A DNA stretch of 64,000 nucleotides, taken from the NCBI GenBank assembly GCA_013289515.1, contig JABCZU010000006.1, positions 1,773 to 65,772 on the forward strand, written 5' to 3'. Positions 1-9,913 of this stretch are shown one piece after another. The first letter of the stretch is position 1; the number at the start of each line of letters is the position of its first letter. The position numbers and the translations under genes are program-made. The notes under the pieces are model-generated. The model ran no database searches. It saw nothing but the letters and a program-made list of their open reading frames with translations, and had not been told where the DNA came from. Origin of the DNA: Candidatus Babelota bacterium (GTDB lineage: Bacteria; Babelota; Babeliae; Babelales; RVW-14).

Positions 1-1
1 T

Positions 2-823
2 TCACGTACATACTTTCAGGAACTGATTGTAGATGGCCTGGTTACTATTAATGAGTCTGTTGTGAATAAAAGTAACCACAGGGTGCGTGCAGGAAGCCAG
101 GTGGGCGTCCTTTTTAAAACTAAAGAATACAACCTTGCACCGACCGCAGTAGATTTTGAAGTGATTGATGAGCAACCTGATTTTTTGATCATCAACAAGC
201 CGGCCGGCCTTTTGGTCCACCATGCGGCCTCAACACCTGATGAAGTCTCTCTGGTTAATGGCTTATTGCACCGTTATCCCGATATGCAAGGCATAGACAC
301 TACCAATCGCCCAGGCATTGTGCACAGGCTTGACAAGCATACAACCGGGCTTATTATTGTTGCCCGCAATCATGAGGCACAGATTGCCCTATCAAATGCT
401 TTTAAAGAGCGTCAGATGCACAAAACGTACCTAGCCATAGTAACAGGCACGCCTCTAGCAACCGGAAGTATTGCCTTGCCGATAGGTCGGCATCCTCGCG
501 AGCGCCAAAAAATGGCTACCTTTGGTATTGACGTGAGGCCTGCATTGACCCATTATACCGTTCTTGAACAGTATAAAGAGCATGCCATCGTTTCTGTGCG
601 CCTTATAACAGGACGAACCCATCAAATCAGGGTTCACTTTGCCGCTTTAGGCCATAGTTTGGTAGGTGACAGCGTCTATGGGCGTGCATCAGACCTTATT
701 GCGCGCCAGGCACTTCATGCGTGGCAGCTTTCATTCACCTTTAAGGGACAATCATTTAGCTACACGGCGCCGCTACCGGACGATCTCCAGGCATTACAAC
801 GCACATTTGCGTGTAAAAACTGA
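2..823 (+). CDS. rluD: RluA-family 23S rRNA pseudouridine synthase, 5'-truncated by the window edge
   Basis: Frame is open from position 2 with an S4-like segment (SRTYFQELIVDGLVTIN); motifs NKPAGLLVH, HRLDKHTTG (catalytic Asp), TGRTHQIRVH, LHA. Confidence 0.9.
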   Translation, partial: SRTYFQELIVDGLVTINESVVNKSNHRVRAGSQVGVLFKTKEYNLAPTAVDFEVIDEQPDFLIINKPAGLLVHHAASTPDEVSLVNGLLHRYPDMQGIDTTNRPGIVHRLDKHTTGLIIVARNHEAQIALSNAFKERQMHKTYLAIVTGTPLATGSIALPIGRHPRERQKMATFGIDVRPALTHYTVLEQYKEHAIVSVRLITGRTHQIRVHFAALGHSLVGDSVYGRASDLIARQALHAWQLSFTFKGQSFSYTAPLPDDLQALQRTFACKN

Positions 824-936
824 ACATTTGTACTTTTCTAAAGAAACTTTTTTCAGCAAGGTGTTGCGTGGGATAGGATGCAGTGGCTACCCTGAGAGGA
901 TCTTTAAGTTGTTAATTTCTCTGGAAAGGGTGCCAA

Positions 937-2463
937 ATGAAACGCCTATTAGCGACCGTTCTAACCGTCAGCCTGGCAGGTACAACCATTGCCAACGCCT
1001 ATACCAACAAAACATATCTAGAAACAAGGCCGGTGATTTTCAACCTGCCACTATGGAAGACGACTATCGGCGCCATGATGCCCAATGCCGACAACGGTAG
1101 GAATGGCGTTGTGCAGGCCATTGGCTTTTATCAAGGGGCTACCGAGCACCACAAAATTGGCCAGTACTTCCTGGTTGATGATAAAAGTACAATCCAGCTG
1201 AAAGCTACACCAACCGGCACAGGACATTTTAAGAGTGGGACCTTTGTAGGGAATAATTCGGTTGGAACGGCAAAAGATGTTGATCTAACCTATCTTTTAC
1301 ACGCCTATGGCATGGATCCGAATATTGCAGACAAGGTTAATGCTGCCGATCTGACGTTATCGCTGCATCCAATGCAAAGTATCTGTGGGGTAGGATTGTC
1401 ATACCATCAATCATATAAACAACTATTTTTTACGATTGATATGCCGGTGGTGCAGGTTAAGCATAGCATGCAGATCAAGGTTATGGGCGGCGACCAGCCC
1501 ATAGAAGGTGTGATAGCGCCATATTTGCAGGGTGAGTATTCAACCATATCGATTAATGATCCGGACCCAGAGGTCTTTAATGGCAATGGACAAATTGCCC
1601 TAACGCATGCAAAAATGAGCCAATGCCGGACGGCTGCTGGTGTGGCAGATATTGATATTAAGCTTGGTGGCATGCTGGTTAACGCCCAGTGGGCTCATCT
1701 TGGGCTCGCCCTTGGTATTACGCTTCCAACAGGCAATGAGCCACATGGTGAATATGCCTTCGAGCCTGTAGCGGGCAATGGCGGCCACTTAGGCATTGGC
1801 GGCGATCTGTATGTGGATGCAACAATAATCAAGAGGCGACATCATAAGCTTGATATTGTTGGCAAAGGCATGTTGCGCTATCTGGTTAAAGCCTATGAAA
1901 AACGCACGTTGGGGCTTAAAAACCGACCATTTGGACAGTACTACCTGCTTGGTAAGGTTGGGAAAGAAAAATTGATACCCGCAGCAAATGTATTAACGCG
2001 CAATGTTGAGGTGACGCCTGGGGTATTATTTGATGGCATGTTGGGAATAAGCTACAATTATCGCTGTTTTGTGCTTGATCTTGGTTATAATATCTATGCT
2101 CGTCAAACAGCGTGCGTAACATTGTGCTCGCGGCTTGAAGAGGATACCTACGCACTTACAGCGCGCGGCTATTCAACGGTTACCACGGTGCCGCCACTTG
2201 CTGTGCGGCCCTTTACCATAACGCCGGCAAATGTTGATGGTGGTGATCTAGCTACCGCGGTTATCAGCAAGGATACGATCGATATCACGGTCGCCCAGAC
2301 GCCTGCACAGTGCACGCATTCTATCTATTCAGCAATTGGCTATGTTGCAGCCAACCAGTCCCGTCCATTGATGATTGGTATTGGCGGCAAATACGAATGG
2401 TCGCCAAGCAATAGTGCCCTGAGTCAGTGGAGTATATGGGGCAAGGTTGGCATAGGGTTTTAG
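937..2463 (+). CDS. Secreted hypothetical protein, probable outer-membrane beta-barrel
   Basis: Signal peptide (MKRLLATVLTVSLAGTTIANA), alternating beta-strand patterns, C-terminal Phe (WGKVGIGF) typical of BAM substrates. Confidence 0.6.
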   Translation: MKRLLATVLTVSLAGTTIANAYTNKTYLETRPVIFNLPLWKTTIGAMMPNADNGRNGVVQAIGFYQGATEHHKIGQYFLVDDKSTIQLKATPTGTGHFKSGTFVGNNSVGTAKDVDLTYLLHAYGMDPNIADKVNAADLTLSLHPMQSICGVGLSYHQSYKQLFFTIDMPVVQVKHSMQIKVMGGDQPIEGVIAPYLQGEYSTISINDPDPEVFNGNGQIALTHAKMSQCRTAAGVADIDIKLGGMLVNAQWAHLGLALGITLPTGNEPHGEYAFEPVAGNGGHLGIGGDLYVDATIIKRRHHKLDIVGKGMLRYLVKAYEKRTLGLKNRPFGQYYLLGKVGKEKLIPAANVLTRNVEVTPGVLFDGMLGISYNYRCFVLDLGYNIYARQTACVTLCSRLEEDTYALTARGYSTVTTVPPLAVRPFTITPANVDGGDLATAVISKDTIDITVAQTPAQCTHSIYSAIGYVAANQSRPLMIGIGGKYEWSPSNSALSQWSIWGKVGIGF

Positions 2464-2467
2464 GCCG

Positions 2468-5400
2468 TTACTTAGGCACGGCCCTTAGAATCTGCCTAGC
2501 CATTCTAGCTGCAGCTTGACCTGCTATTGAAGGCAGGGCCTGCCCGCTGGCTGGTAGGGATAAGCGTGTCGTATGAGAACGATAATTTGTCGATAGTGGC
2601 TGTTGTCGCAACGTGAATGGCTGGTATGGCCTAACTGCTTGCCCTTCGTCCCTCGATACATCTCGCCGAGCTCGATACTCGGGATGACCGGATTCTACTT
2701 CGTTCCCCGAGCTTGTGGGAACGGGTTGGCGAAGTAGGGGCGGTTGACCTGTACCAGAGCCAGATACCGCATCAAGATTAAGTAGGCCACCTTCATCTGC
2801 GGCCTTGCGGCGTAGCTTTGCGACCTTGGCCTCAATATCTTCTATTGGCATTGGCATGGTTGAATAAATAGCATCGCCAGCAGCCTGGGCAACTAATTCA
2901 TATTTTTTTCCTTCTCTAACAAGTGTCTCTGGCGGTACTGGATTATGACTAACTGGCTGCAGTGCCGTTGATGGCGACGATTCCAATGGATTTTGTGCAC
3001 CAGGCAGATCTTTTATATGGTCTTGATCGACGATTATTATGTCTGGCGCAGCTTTTTGCTGTGGGCCCCTTTTCAGCATTTCGCTAATTTCTCCATATGT
3101 TTTGGCCGCCTTTTGCTGCTGCTTAATCAACTGTTTGGCGACGTGGCGCTCGCGTTCCTGTGCCACTTCTTGTGTGCTAAGTTCTTGCCGGCTCTGTTCT
3201 AGCGTCTGTTTAGTTTCGGCTAATTCTTGTTCTTTTTGCGCCAATGCCTTCCTGGCCTCCTCCAGCTCTTGGGCATGTTTGGCGATGTCATTATCAGAGC
3301 TGGTCAGCTTGAGCATAAGATTTTCAAGCGCTGTCTCCAACTCAGAACATTTGTCTTCCAGGCTGCCAATTTTGAGACCAAGGTCTTGGTTAATTTTCGT
3401 AGTTTGTTCGAGTGCACCTTGCAGACCCTTGACGCCAACTTCTTGCTGTCTGTCAAGTTCTTTTTTATTAATGAGTTCTTGTGCAAAATTTTCTTCAGCC
3501 GCAGTACGCAGTGCTATCTCTGCCTGCTTGTCGGCGATTGCCTTATCAGCCTCTTGCCTGAGTTGGACGAGCTGGTTTTGTACGTCTTGTAGTTGAGTTG
3601 TCTGTTGCTGGCTGATTTCAATGGCTTTTTCATTATCCGTCAACATTTGCTTGCGATCGATTTCTTGCTGCTTGGCAAAATCATTTTTGGTTTGCTCAAA
3701 TGCGGCCTTTTCAGTCGTAAATTCGGTCTTTTCTTGTGCAAGCGCCTCTTTTCCTAGTGCCAAGGCAGCTTGTAAGGCTTTTTGATCTTGGGCAAGCTTG
3801 TCGGCCAATGCTTGCTCTTTTTGAGCCAAGGCCTGTTCCTGATCTTGTTTTTGTTGGGCAAGGGTGGCCTGTTGTTCAGTCAGTGCCTGCTGTTGATCCT
3901 GTTTTTGTTTGGCTAAAGCAGTTTGTTGTAGTGCTATGTCCTGTTGTTGGCGTTGCAGCCCTTCGGTTAATGCCTGCTCTTTTTGAGCCAGAGCTTGTTC
4001 TTGATCGTTTTTTTGCTGGGCAAGGGTTGCCTGTTGCTCGGCCAGTACCACCTCCTGATCATGTTGCTGCTGATTAAGCCTTTCAACCAACTGATTTAAT
4101 GCCTGTTCTTGCATTGCAAGCCTGCTTGTCTTTGCTTGCAGGGCGGCATCTTGCTCATTGTGTGCGGTTACCTTGATGGCAAGCGCCGTGTCTTGATCCT
4201 GTTTTTGTTGGGCCAGCGCAGCCTGCGTTGCATCATGTTCCAGGCTTTGACGTACAGCTTCTTCCTGTAGTGCATTTCGTTGCTCGGCTATATCCTGTTG
4301 CTGGCGCTGCAATTCTTCTGTCAGGTTTCGCTCCCTGTCAGCTATTGCCTGCTGTTGTTGCTGGGTCTGGTGTTGCAAAGCTGCTTGTTGTTGGCGCATC
4401 TGCTCTTGAAATGTTTGCTTGTACTGTTCAAGCGCTTGTTGTTCATTTTGTAATGTTGCGTGCCCAGTGATTAACGTTTCATGCGCAACGTCCAATGCTT
4501 TCCAGTCACCCGCCAGGTTTTGCTGCTCCTGGGCAAAAGCATTTTGTTGTGTGGCTAACGTGGCCTGCTCAGCTTTTGCTAATTTAATCTGTTCCGCTAG
4601 GGCAGTCTGCTGGCTTTGCAATAATGTTCTTTGATCTTGTAAATCGGCATGTGCAAGTGCTTGAGCTTGACGTGCAGTATCTCGAGCCAGAGCAAATGCC
4701 CCTTTGGCCGCGTTCAGAGCATCACCATCTATGGCTAGTTTTTCAGTGGTGACTTGCTGAACACGTTCTGTCTGCGCAAAAGCTTGCTGTTGCGCTGCAA
4801 AGGCTTGCTGATCGTGCGTCAATTTTGTTTTATACTCCAGCACCTTTTTGCCCTCAGCCTCGATCTGGGCCTCTTGTTGTTCTAGTCTTTCTCGCCGTTG
4901 GCCAATGGCTGCCTGTTGTGCATTCAGTGTTGCCAGCTGATCAGCTTTGTTGTTATTGAATTCTTGTATTCCGTCCCTCAATCTATTTTGATAGTCAAGT
5001 AACGCATTTTTAAATGATACTGCCGCAGCCTGGTCGGCAGCTATGCGTGCTTGTTGAGCAGCCTGCTCTATCCTGCGCGCTTCTATGTCAAGCCGCTCTT
5101 GTCGGTTACGCTCAATTTCTCGATCAAGTTCTTGCTGGCGTTCAAGATCAATGCGCGCACGCTCTTGATGAAGCTGCTCGCTATCGATCTCTTGTTGCTC
5201 TTGTTGGCGTCTACGAGTCTGTTCCAGACGGTTTTGTTGCTGTTCATGGTCCTCCAATTCTTGTTGGCGCTGCTCAAGTTGTCGATGTAACCGCTCAAAT
5301 TCTTGCCGCAGTTCCAGGTCAAGTCGCGCACGCTCTTGATCACGTTGTTGGCGTTCAATCGCTGGTTGCTCTTGGTTGCGCCTACGGACATCTTCTAGCT

Positions 5401-6214
5401 CCCGTTCCTGCTGTGGGCGCTTAGCAATAATTTGCAGCCTTTGCGGTGGCCTTTGTATGTGACGTTGCACTGGCGCTTTTTGTATTGCGCGTCCCACTGG
5501 CCTTTGGACTACATGTGGTATGCGGCGTACGGGATTTTGTACGTTTATTGGCCTTGGTATTGCGCGGCGTACCGGCGGCTGTCGTCTTGCCGGCTTTTTT
5601 ACTGCCGCTTGTTTAATTTGTAAAGGGCGCTTTACTGGTGGGACTACACGAGGAGGACGTGGTTGCTGTATACCAGGTATGCGCCTAGGAGCCCGTGGTG
5701 GTACGACGCGAATTGGTGGGTGTATTGGTCCGGGTATCGGTGGTATATAGCCATGATCATGGTCAAGTATTGGCCCAGGTACTGGCGGCACTGGTCCAGG
5801 TACGGGTACCGGTACTGGTGGTACTGGTACTGGCGGTATCGGTGGCACAGGTACAGGCGGCTTGATTTCTGCCTTTTTGACAACCTTGCGCATCGGTTTT
5901 TTTGCTGCCGGTTGTTTGGCTTTGACGGGTGTAACCGGTGCTACTGATGTTTGTTGAGGCCGAGAAATGGCTGGTGGTGTTTGAATCGCTGGCTGATTTC
6001 CCTGATTGGATGCATTTGTGGCAAATCCCCCTGCTCCCTGTGGCTTAAGTACAGGTGCTTGCGAGCTTGCGCCGACGCTGGGTGCTCGTTTTGGCGCGCG
6101 ACCTGAGCGGCTTAAGTGGGCTATTGGCATAGCGATCACTACCGTTGGGCAACCGATCCACAGCAGTATAAAGAGTGCGTAGCCTATGCGCATGATAGCA
6201 TGTAATGTAACCAC
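2468..6214 (-). CDS. Large secreted protein with Pro/Arg-rich N-terminus and long Gln/Glu/Ala coiled coil
   Basis: 1248 aa ORF; hydrophobic leader; PVPP repeats; heptad-rich region with duplicated segments (QQATLAQQKxDQEQALAQKEQAL); exact start uncertain. Confidence 0.75.
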   Translation of the reverse strand: MVTLHAIMRIGYALFILLWIGCPTVVIAMPIAHLSRSGRAPKRAPSVGASSQAPVLKPQGAGGFATNASNQGNQPAIQTPPAISRPQQTSVAPVTPVKAKQPAAKKPMRKVVKKAEIKPPVPVPPIPPVPVPPVPVPVPGPVPPVPGPILDHDHGYIPPIPGPIHPPIRVVPPRAPRRIPGIQQPRPPRVVPPVKRPLQIKQAAVKKPARRQPPVRRAIPRPINVQNPVRRIPHVVQRPVGRAIQKAPVQRHIQRPPQRLQIIAKRPQQERELEDVRRRNQEQPAIERQQRDQERARLDLELRQEFERLHRQLEQRQQELEDHEQQQNRLEQTRRRQQEQQEIDSEQLHQERARIDLERQQELDREIERNRQERLDIEARRIEQAAQQARIAADQAAAVSFKNALLDYQNRLRDGIQEFNNNKADQLATLNAQQAAIGQRRERLEQQEAQIEAEGKKVLEYKTKLTHDQQAFAAQQQAFAQTERVQQVTTEKLAIDGDALNAAKGAFALARDTARQAQALAHADLQDQRTLLQSQQTALAEQIKLAKAEQATLATQQNAFAQEQQNLAGDWKALDVAHETLITGHATLQNEQQALEQYKQTFQEQMRQQQAALQHQTQQQQQAIADRERNLTEELQRQQQDIAEQRNALQEEAVRQSLEHDATQAALAQQKQDQDTALAIKVTAHNEQDAALQAKTSRLAMQEQALNQLVERLNQQQHDQEVVLAEQQATLAQQKNDQEQALAQKEQALTEGLQRQQQDIALQQTALAKQKQDQQQALTEQQATLAQQKQDQEQALAQKEQALADKLAQDQKALQAALALGKEALAQEKTEFTTEKAAFEQTKNDFAKQQEIDRKQMLTDNEKAIEISQQQTTQLQDVQNQLVQLRQEADKAIADKQAEIALRTAAEENFAQELINKKELDRQQEVGVKGLQGALEQTTKINQDLGLKIGSLEDKCSELETALENLMLKLTSSDNDIAKHAQELEEARKALAQKEQELAETKQTLEQSRQELSTQEVAQERERHVAKQLIKQQQKAAKTYGEISEMLKRGPQQKAAPDIIIVDQDHIKDLPGAQNPLESSPSTALQPVSHNPVPPETLVREGKKYELVAQAAGDAIYSTMPMPIEDIEAKVAKLRRKAADEGGLLNLDAVSGSGTGQPPLLRQPVPTSSGNEVESGHPEYRARRDVSRDEGQAVRPYQPFTLRQQPLSTNYRSHTTRLSLPASGQALPSIAGQAAARMARQILRAVPK

Positions 6215-6297
6215 GGTAATTCCTCATCAATTGGACATCGCCCCTGGCGAGATCAATTGTTTAAATTTAACAAGATAAATTATGTCTACTTGTTATT

Positions 6298-6326
6298 ATT
6301 ATAAGGAATTATTTATTGAATTGCAA
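6298..6326 (-). promoter_or_regulatory. Sigma70-like promoter upstream of the coiled-coil gene
   Basis: Minus strand reads TTGCAA-N17-TATAAT. Confidence 0.5.
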
Positions 6327-6361
6327 GCGGGTAAAATTTAAAATAGAAAATGTTTGCATGG

Positions 6362-6422
6362 AAAAGAAGATACGCCCTTTAAGTTTCGGTCTCCCGAGCT
6401 TAGGGGGCGTATCTTCTTTTTT
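6362..6422. terminator. Long intrinsic terminator hairpin
   Basis: aaaagaagatacgccc...gggcgtatcttctttt with A/T tracts on both sides, just past the stop of 6459..8141(-). Confidence 0.7.
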
Positions 6423-6458
6423 GTAAACCGCGTTGATTCTATTGCTTAAGAAGCAGTA

Positions 6459-8141
6459 TTAGTCGCGTTTAAGCTTGCTAGGCGAATCGCTAAAATGTAA
6501 ACCTGACTGCTGACGAGCCACTGCATCCAATGCCGCCTTTCTGCTTTCGTTGATGGCATTATTAACCTGGACGTTAGTTGCTCCAGCGGTAATGGCTTCC
6601 TGCTTGAGTGTCTCCACCTCTTGATCAGCCATTGTCTCTGCTGACGAACCAGAAACAGCCATGTGAGATTCATAGTTGGCGTTTCCCAGTCTGCGTAAAA
6701 GAACAGCTACGTTCTCCTTAGCTGCAGCATTCTTGCCTGCCTCGCTAGCCATGCCGCTTAAGAAATCCTGACCGGCGTTATTTTGGCTACCAGCAGCTGG
6801 TTGGTTGTTGCTGCCATTATTACCTAGGTTATTTAAGGCTTCTGGGTTTAAAATGTCTGCTGACTGTTGCTGTGGCGCACTAGTAAATGGCTGCCAGTCT
6901 TGTGCATCAAACTGCTGCCAGTCTTTTTCTGCCGTTGATCTGGACTTGGCGCCACTTGGTGGTGGCGTTATGGAGTGTAGGGCTGTAGTATACGACGCCT
7001 GGACTTGATTGATTTCGGCGAGAGAGATTCCCATGTTTATTGCGTTATTCTTAATGTTTTGGTATGCCTTATTTTCCTTACTAGCAGGATAAGGTGCCGC
7101 TTTATACTTCGCATATGCCTTTTTCAGGGCGTTTAACATCTTGGCCTTGGGATCACTTGGCGCTCCTTCTTCAAGAAGGCCTGATGACAACTCTCCCATA
7201 TTACTAGCATTTTGTGCTGCTTCTGACACAGCCGCTTCTGCCGTTGATCTGGACTTGGCGCCACTTGGTGGTGGCGTTATGGAGTGTAGGGCTGTAGTAT
7301 ACGACGCCTGGACTTGATTGATTTCGGCGGCAGCGATTCCCATGTTCATCGCGTTCTTCTTAATGTTTTGGTATGCCTTATTTTCCTTACTAGCAGGATA
7401 AGGTGCCGCTTTATACTTCGCATATGCCTTTTTCAGGGCGTTTAACATCTTGGCCTTGGGATCACTTGGCGCTCCTTCTTCAAGAAGGCCTGATGACAAC
7501 TCTCCCATATTACTAGCATTTTGTGCTGCTTCTGACACAGCCGCTTTAGCTGATATTCTTACCGAGCCTTCAGCAGGGATCACTGCTCTTACTCCAGCCA
7601 TATCACATACTGCAATGATATTAGCAGCAGGTGTGCCTTCTGATAGTGCTTGTCGTATGAACTTTAAAACTACATTTCCCTTTATAAGTATTTTATCGTT
7701 AGCAGCTTCCTTCGCTTGATCGCCGGTAGCTTTGTCCCATACGTTAAAGGCCTGTACGTACTGTTGACACACCCTTGTTAAACTATTAAGGGTCGATTTT
7801 GATGTAACCGCTTCTTCTTCCTCGGCCAAGCCGACTGGAAGTTGGCCAAAATTACTCAAGTTTTCCGCTGCATCCGGTGATGGTTTTGGTACGGATGTTG
7901 CTTTTGTTTTCGCAACGTAGCCTTTGGTGCTTGGGGCCCCCTTTCTCAATCTACCGTGGCCTCGCTTGCCTCCCAGTTTTGTCAGGCCCTCTTTTGACGT
8001 CTGTGGGGTTTTAAAATAACCCCTACCCTTGGTACCCGACGCACGGTGGGTAACTGGGTCTGCTGCCTGTACGCTTGCCATACTAGCCACCATGGCCAGT
8101 GCTAGCAACGATACGGTGACCTTACGCTTAAGAATACTCAT
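6459..8141 (-). CDS. Secreted hypothetical protein with a 103-aa internal tandem duplication
   Basis: Signal peptide ending SVQA; basic segment after cleavage; duplicated AAVSEAAQNAS...SRSTAE unit. Confidence 0.75.
   Translation of the reverse strand: MSILKRKVTVSLLALAMVASMASVQAADPVTHRASGTKGRGYFKTPQTSKEGLTKLGGKRGHGRLRKGAPSTKGYVAKTKATSVPKPSPDAAENLSNFGQLPVGLAEEEEAVTSKSTLNSLTRVCQQYVQAFNVWDKATGDQAKEAANDKILIKGNVVLKFIRQALSEGTPAANIIAVCDMAGVRAVIPAEGSVRISAKAAVSEAAQNASNMGELSSGLLEEGAPSDPKAKMLNALKKAYAKYKAAPYPASKENKAYQNIKKNAMNMGIAAAEINQVQASYTTALHSITPPPSGAKSRSTAEAAVSEAAQNASNMGELSSGLLEEGAPSDPKAKMLNALKKAYAKYKAAPYPASKENKAYQNIKNNAINMGISLAEINQVQASYTTALHSITPPPSGAKSRSTAEKDWQQFDAQDWQPFTSAPQQQSADILNPEALNNLGNNGSNNQPAAGSQNNAGQDFLSGMASEAGKNAAAKENVAVLLRRLGNANYESHMAVSGSSAETMADQEVETLKQEAITAGATNVQVNNAINESRKAALDAVARQQSGLHFSDSPSKLKRD
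6927..7546. repeat. Two near-identical 309-bp tandem copies, in frame
   Basis: gccgttgatctggacttggcg occurs at 6931 and 7240; the copies differ at only a few positions. Confidence 0.9.
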
Positions 8142-8210
8142 CGCGGACTCCTTGTCTTAAAGGTGTTATAAAACTTAACCTACTCGGTTTTTTTAATTCA
8201 TACTAGCATT

Positions 8211-8240
8211 ATTATACAAATAGAAAATATAATTATGCAA
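8211..8240 (-). promoter_or_regulatory. Sigma70-like promoter
   Basis: Minus strand reads TTGCAT-N18-TATAAT upstream of the 8141 start. Confidence 0.5.
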
Positions 8241-8332
8241 TGAATTTAAAAAATATCCAGGCAGAGATTTATTTTTTGGGGCAATGAGCTGAAAGAAAGG
8301 GGGTTGGCGCATGGCCATTTTTGAAATAAGAA

Positions 8333-8536
8333 TCAATCCGCGTTAGGCAAAGCCAAGCGAAAGGCGGGATTTTTCCTAATCTTGTGAATGCGATCGCCAA
8401 GAAAGTCCCAGAAGGATATTGCAAATTTTTTGCAAGTCTTATAGAGATCGATGAGGATGTCGCGCCAAACCTTAAGCCTGGTTGCATTGTTATGGAACTG
8501 GGCATCAGGGTGATTCAATGCCGACAAAAGTTGGCC
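8333..8536 (-). mobile_element. IS66-like transposase C-terminal remnant fused in frame to the USP gene
   Basis: LLSALNHPDAQFHNNA...LYKTCKKFAISFWDFLGDRI resembles the IS66-type ending (P..PLHNN..E...L..TC.K.G.SF..YL.DRI); recognised from memory, not searched. Confidence 0.55.
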
Positions 8537-9892
8537 CGGTCTTTGCTGATAAAAAAGCATGTACGGTGTAAAACTTGGCCCATTCTGATCTATGCCAGCA
8601 GTCGCAAAATCTGCCATCTGTCCATCCGTCAAGCCCTGTATGCGGCTATCATCGCAACGATACCACCGATTGTTATTGCCAACATTTTTAATATAGGCAA
8701 TGTAATGGCCACCACCAACATCACCGCTGTGGCAAATAATGCCAACCAAATCATACGGCCTGTATGAGGCTCTTTGAGCAGCCTGTCCCGGTAGCAAGTA
8801 TGCTTCTAGTGAGAGCCCTGTTAGCGGAAAGGTGATCGGATCTGATTTTTTTCTAGAGACGCCTATTTGTTGATCAAAAACAAAACGCTTTAAATGCAGG
8901 GTTAGTATTGGCGGCAATTGGTTTACATTTACAAAGAATTGTTCTTCAATCGCTACTCGCTGTCTGCAACCAACACAGTAGAAATCGGCGTCACCATCAT
9001 TGTTTTTTGCAAAGAACCGGTGAAGGCATTCTGGCAGTGAAGCTTTCCTTTGCGGGATATCTAAGGATAGCATAGTAGTAACATTTTTTTCGGCGGTACT
9101 GATACGGTTACAAGTTGGGCAATGAAGATCTTTCTGTATTCCCAGCCTAAAAATATTGTCTAACGCTTCTCTTGTTTGTTGGCCACCGATAATATCACCT
9201 TTTATGATAACACGACCGGTCCCTCGATCAGACGTCCCAGAAGCTTGATTAAGCAACTTTACATAAAATTCTGATGCATCCTCTTGTGCGTCCTCTTGGC
9301 CAGCCCGTGGAAAAAACCGTTGTGCTGTACGCCACGCAAACGAGGCACTAAAATTATCAAGCATTGCTTGGCTGTTTTGAGCAGGATTCATATACGCATT
9401 CACCACCCCATAAAGATCGCTGGTCAATGAATTATTTGGCAGGTAGTTGCCCAGATATAGGCTTGCTAAGGTATTGGTAAACAACGGTATGTGCACCAAA
9501 CACTGCAAGGTGGCGTTAAAGTAACAGCTAACCCTTGTATTGATCAATTGCCTCACCGTTCCTGGTATTCGGGACGCTGCTGCCGGCTTTTTAGCTTGAG
9601 GCTTGTTGCCAGGTTTGGCATTGTTCGCGGCCGGCTTATGTGCAGGCTTTTTTTGAATGGGCTTATTGGCCACTACCGGTTTTTTGACCAGCATCGGCTT
9701 TTTTGCCGCAACTTTTTTTTGGTTAGCAAGGGCTTGTTTTTGTTTGGCGGCTGCCTGTACCTGCTTTTGTTTAGCCTTTTGAGCAGCTGCTTGCCTTTGC
9801 TTGGGCGTTACTGCTGTAACGGTGCTTGCTGCTGCGATGCCTATGATTACCATGCAGAGTAGGGCACATCGTACAATCTTTTTATAATTCAT
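8333..9892 (-). CDS. Secreted USP-family (peptidase C19) deubiquitinase-like protein
   Basis: Signal peptide and K/Q/A linker; Cys box LINTRVSCYFNATLQCL; QEDASEF; CPTC/CVGC zinc finger; LPPILTLHLKRF; His box YDLVGIICHSG..GGHYIAY; WYRCDD; PYMLFY. Confidence 0.88.
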   Translation of the reverse strand: MNYKKIVRCALLCMVIIGIAAASTVTAVTPKQRQAAAQKAKQKQVQAAAKQKQALANQKKVAAKKPMLVKKPVVANKPIQKKPAHKPAANNAKPGNKPQAKKPAAASRIPGTVRQLINTRVSCYFNATLQCLVHIPLFTNTLASLYLGNYLPNNSLTSDLYGVVNAYMNPAQNSQAMLDNFSASFAWRTAQRFFPRAGQEDAQEDASEFYVKLLNQASGTSDRGTGRVIIKGDIIGGQQTREALDNIFRLGIQKDLHCPTCNRISTAEKNVTTMLSLDIPQRKASLPECLHRFFAKNNDGDADFYCVGCRQRVAIEEQFFVNVNQLPPILTLHLKRFVFDQQIGVSRKKSDPITFPLTGLSLEAYLLPGQAAQRASYRPYDLVGIICHSGDVGGGHYIAYIKNVGNNNRWYRCDDSRIQGLTDGQMADFATAGIDQNGPSFTPYMLFYQQRPGQLLSALNHPDAQFHNNATRLKVWRDILIDLYKTCKKFAISFWDFLGDRIHKIRKNPAFRLALPNAD

Positions 9893-9913
9893 GATCTATG
9901 CCCTTTATTTGGT

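Noticed and set aside
2993-5947. Many short + strand ORFs within the 1248-aa gene
   Set aside because: Antisense by-products of low-complexity Gln/Pro-rich coding sequence
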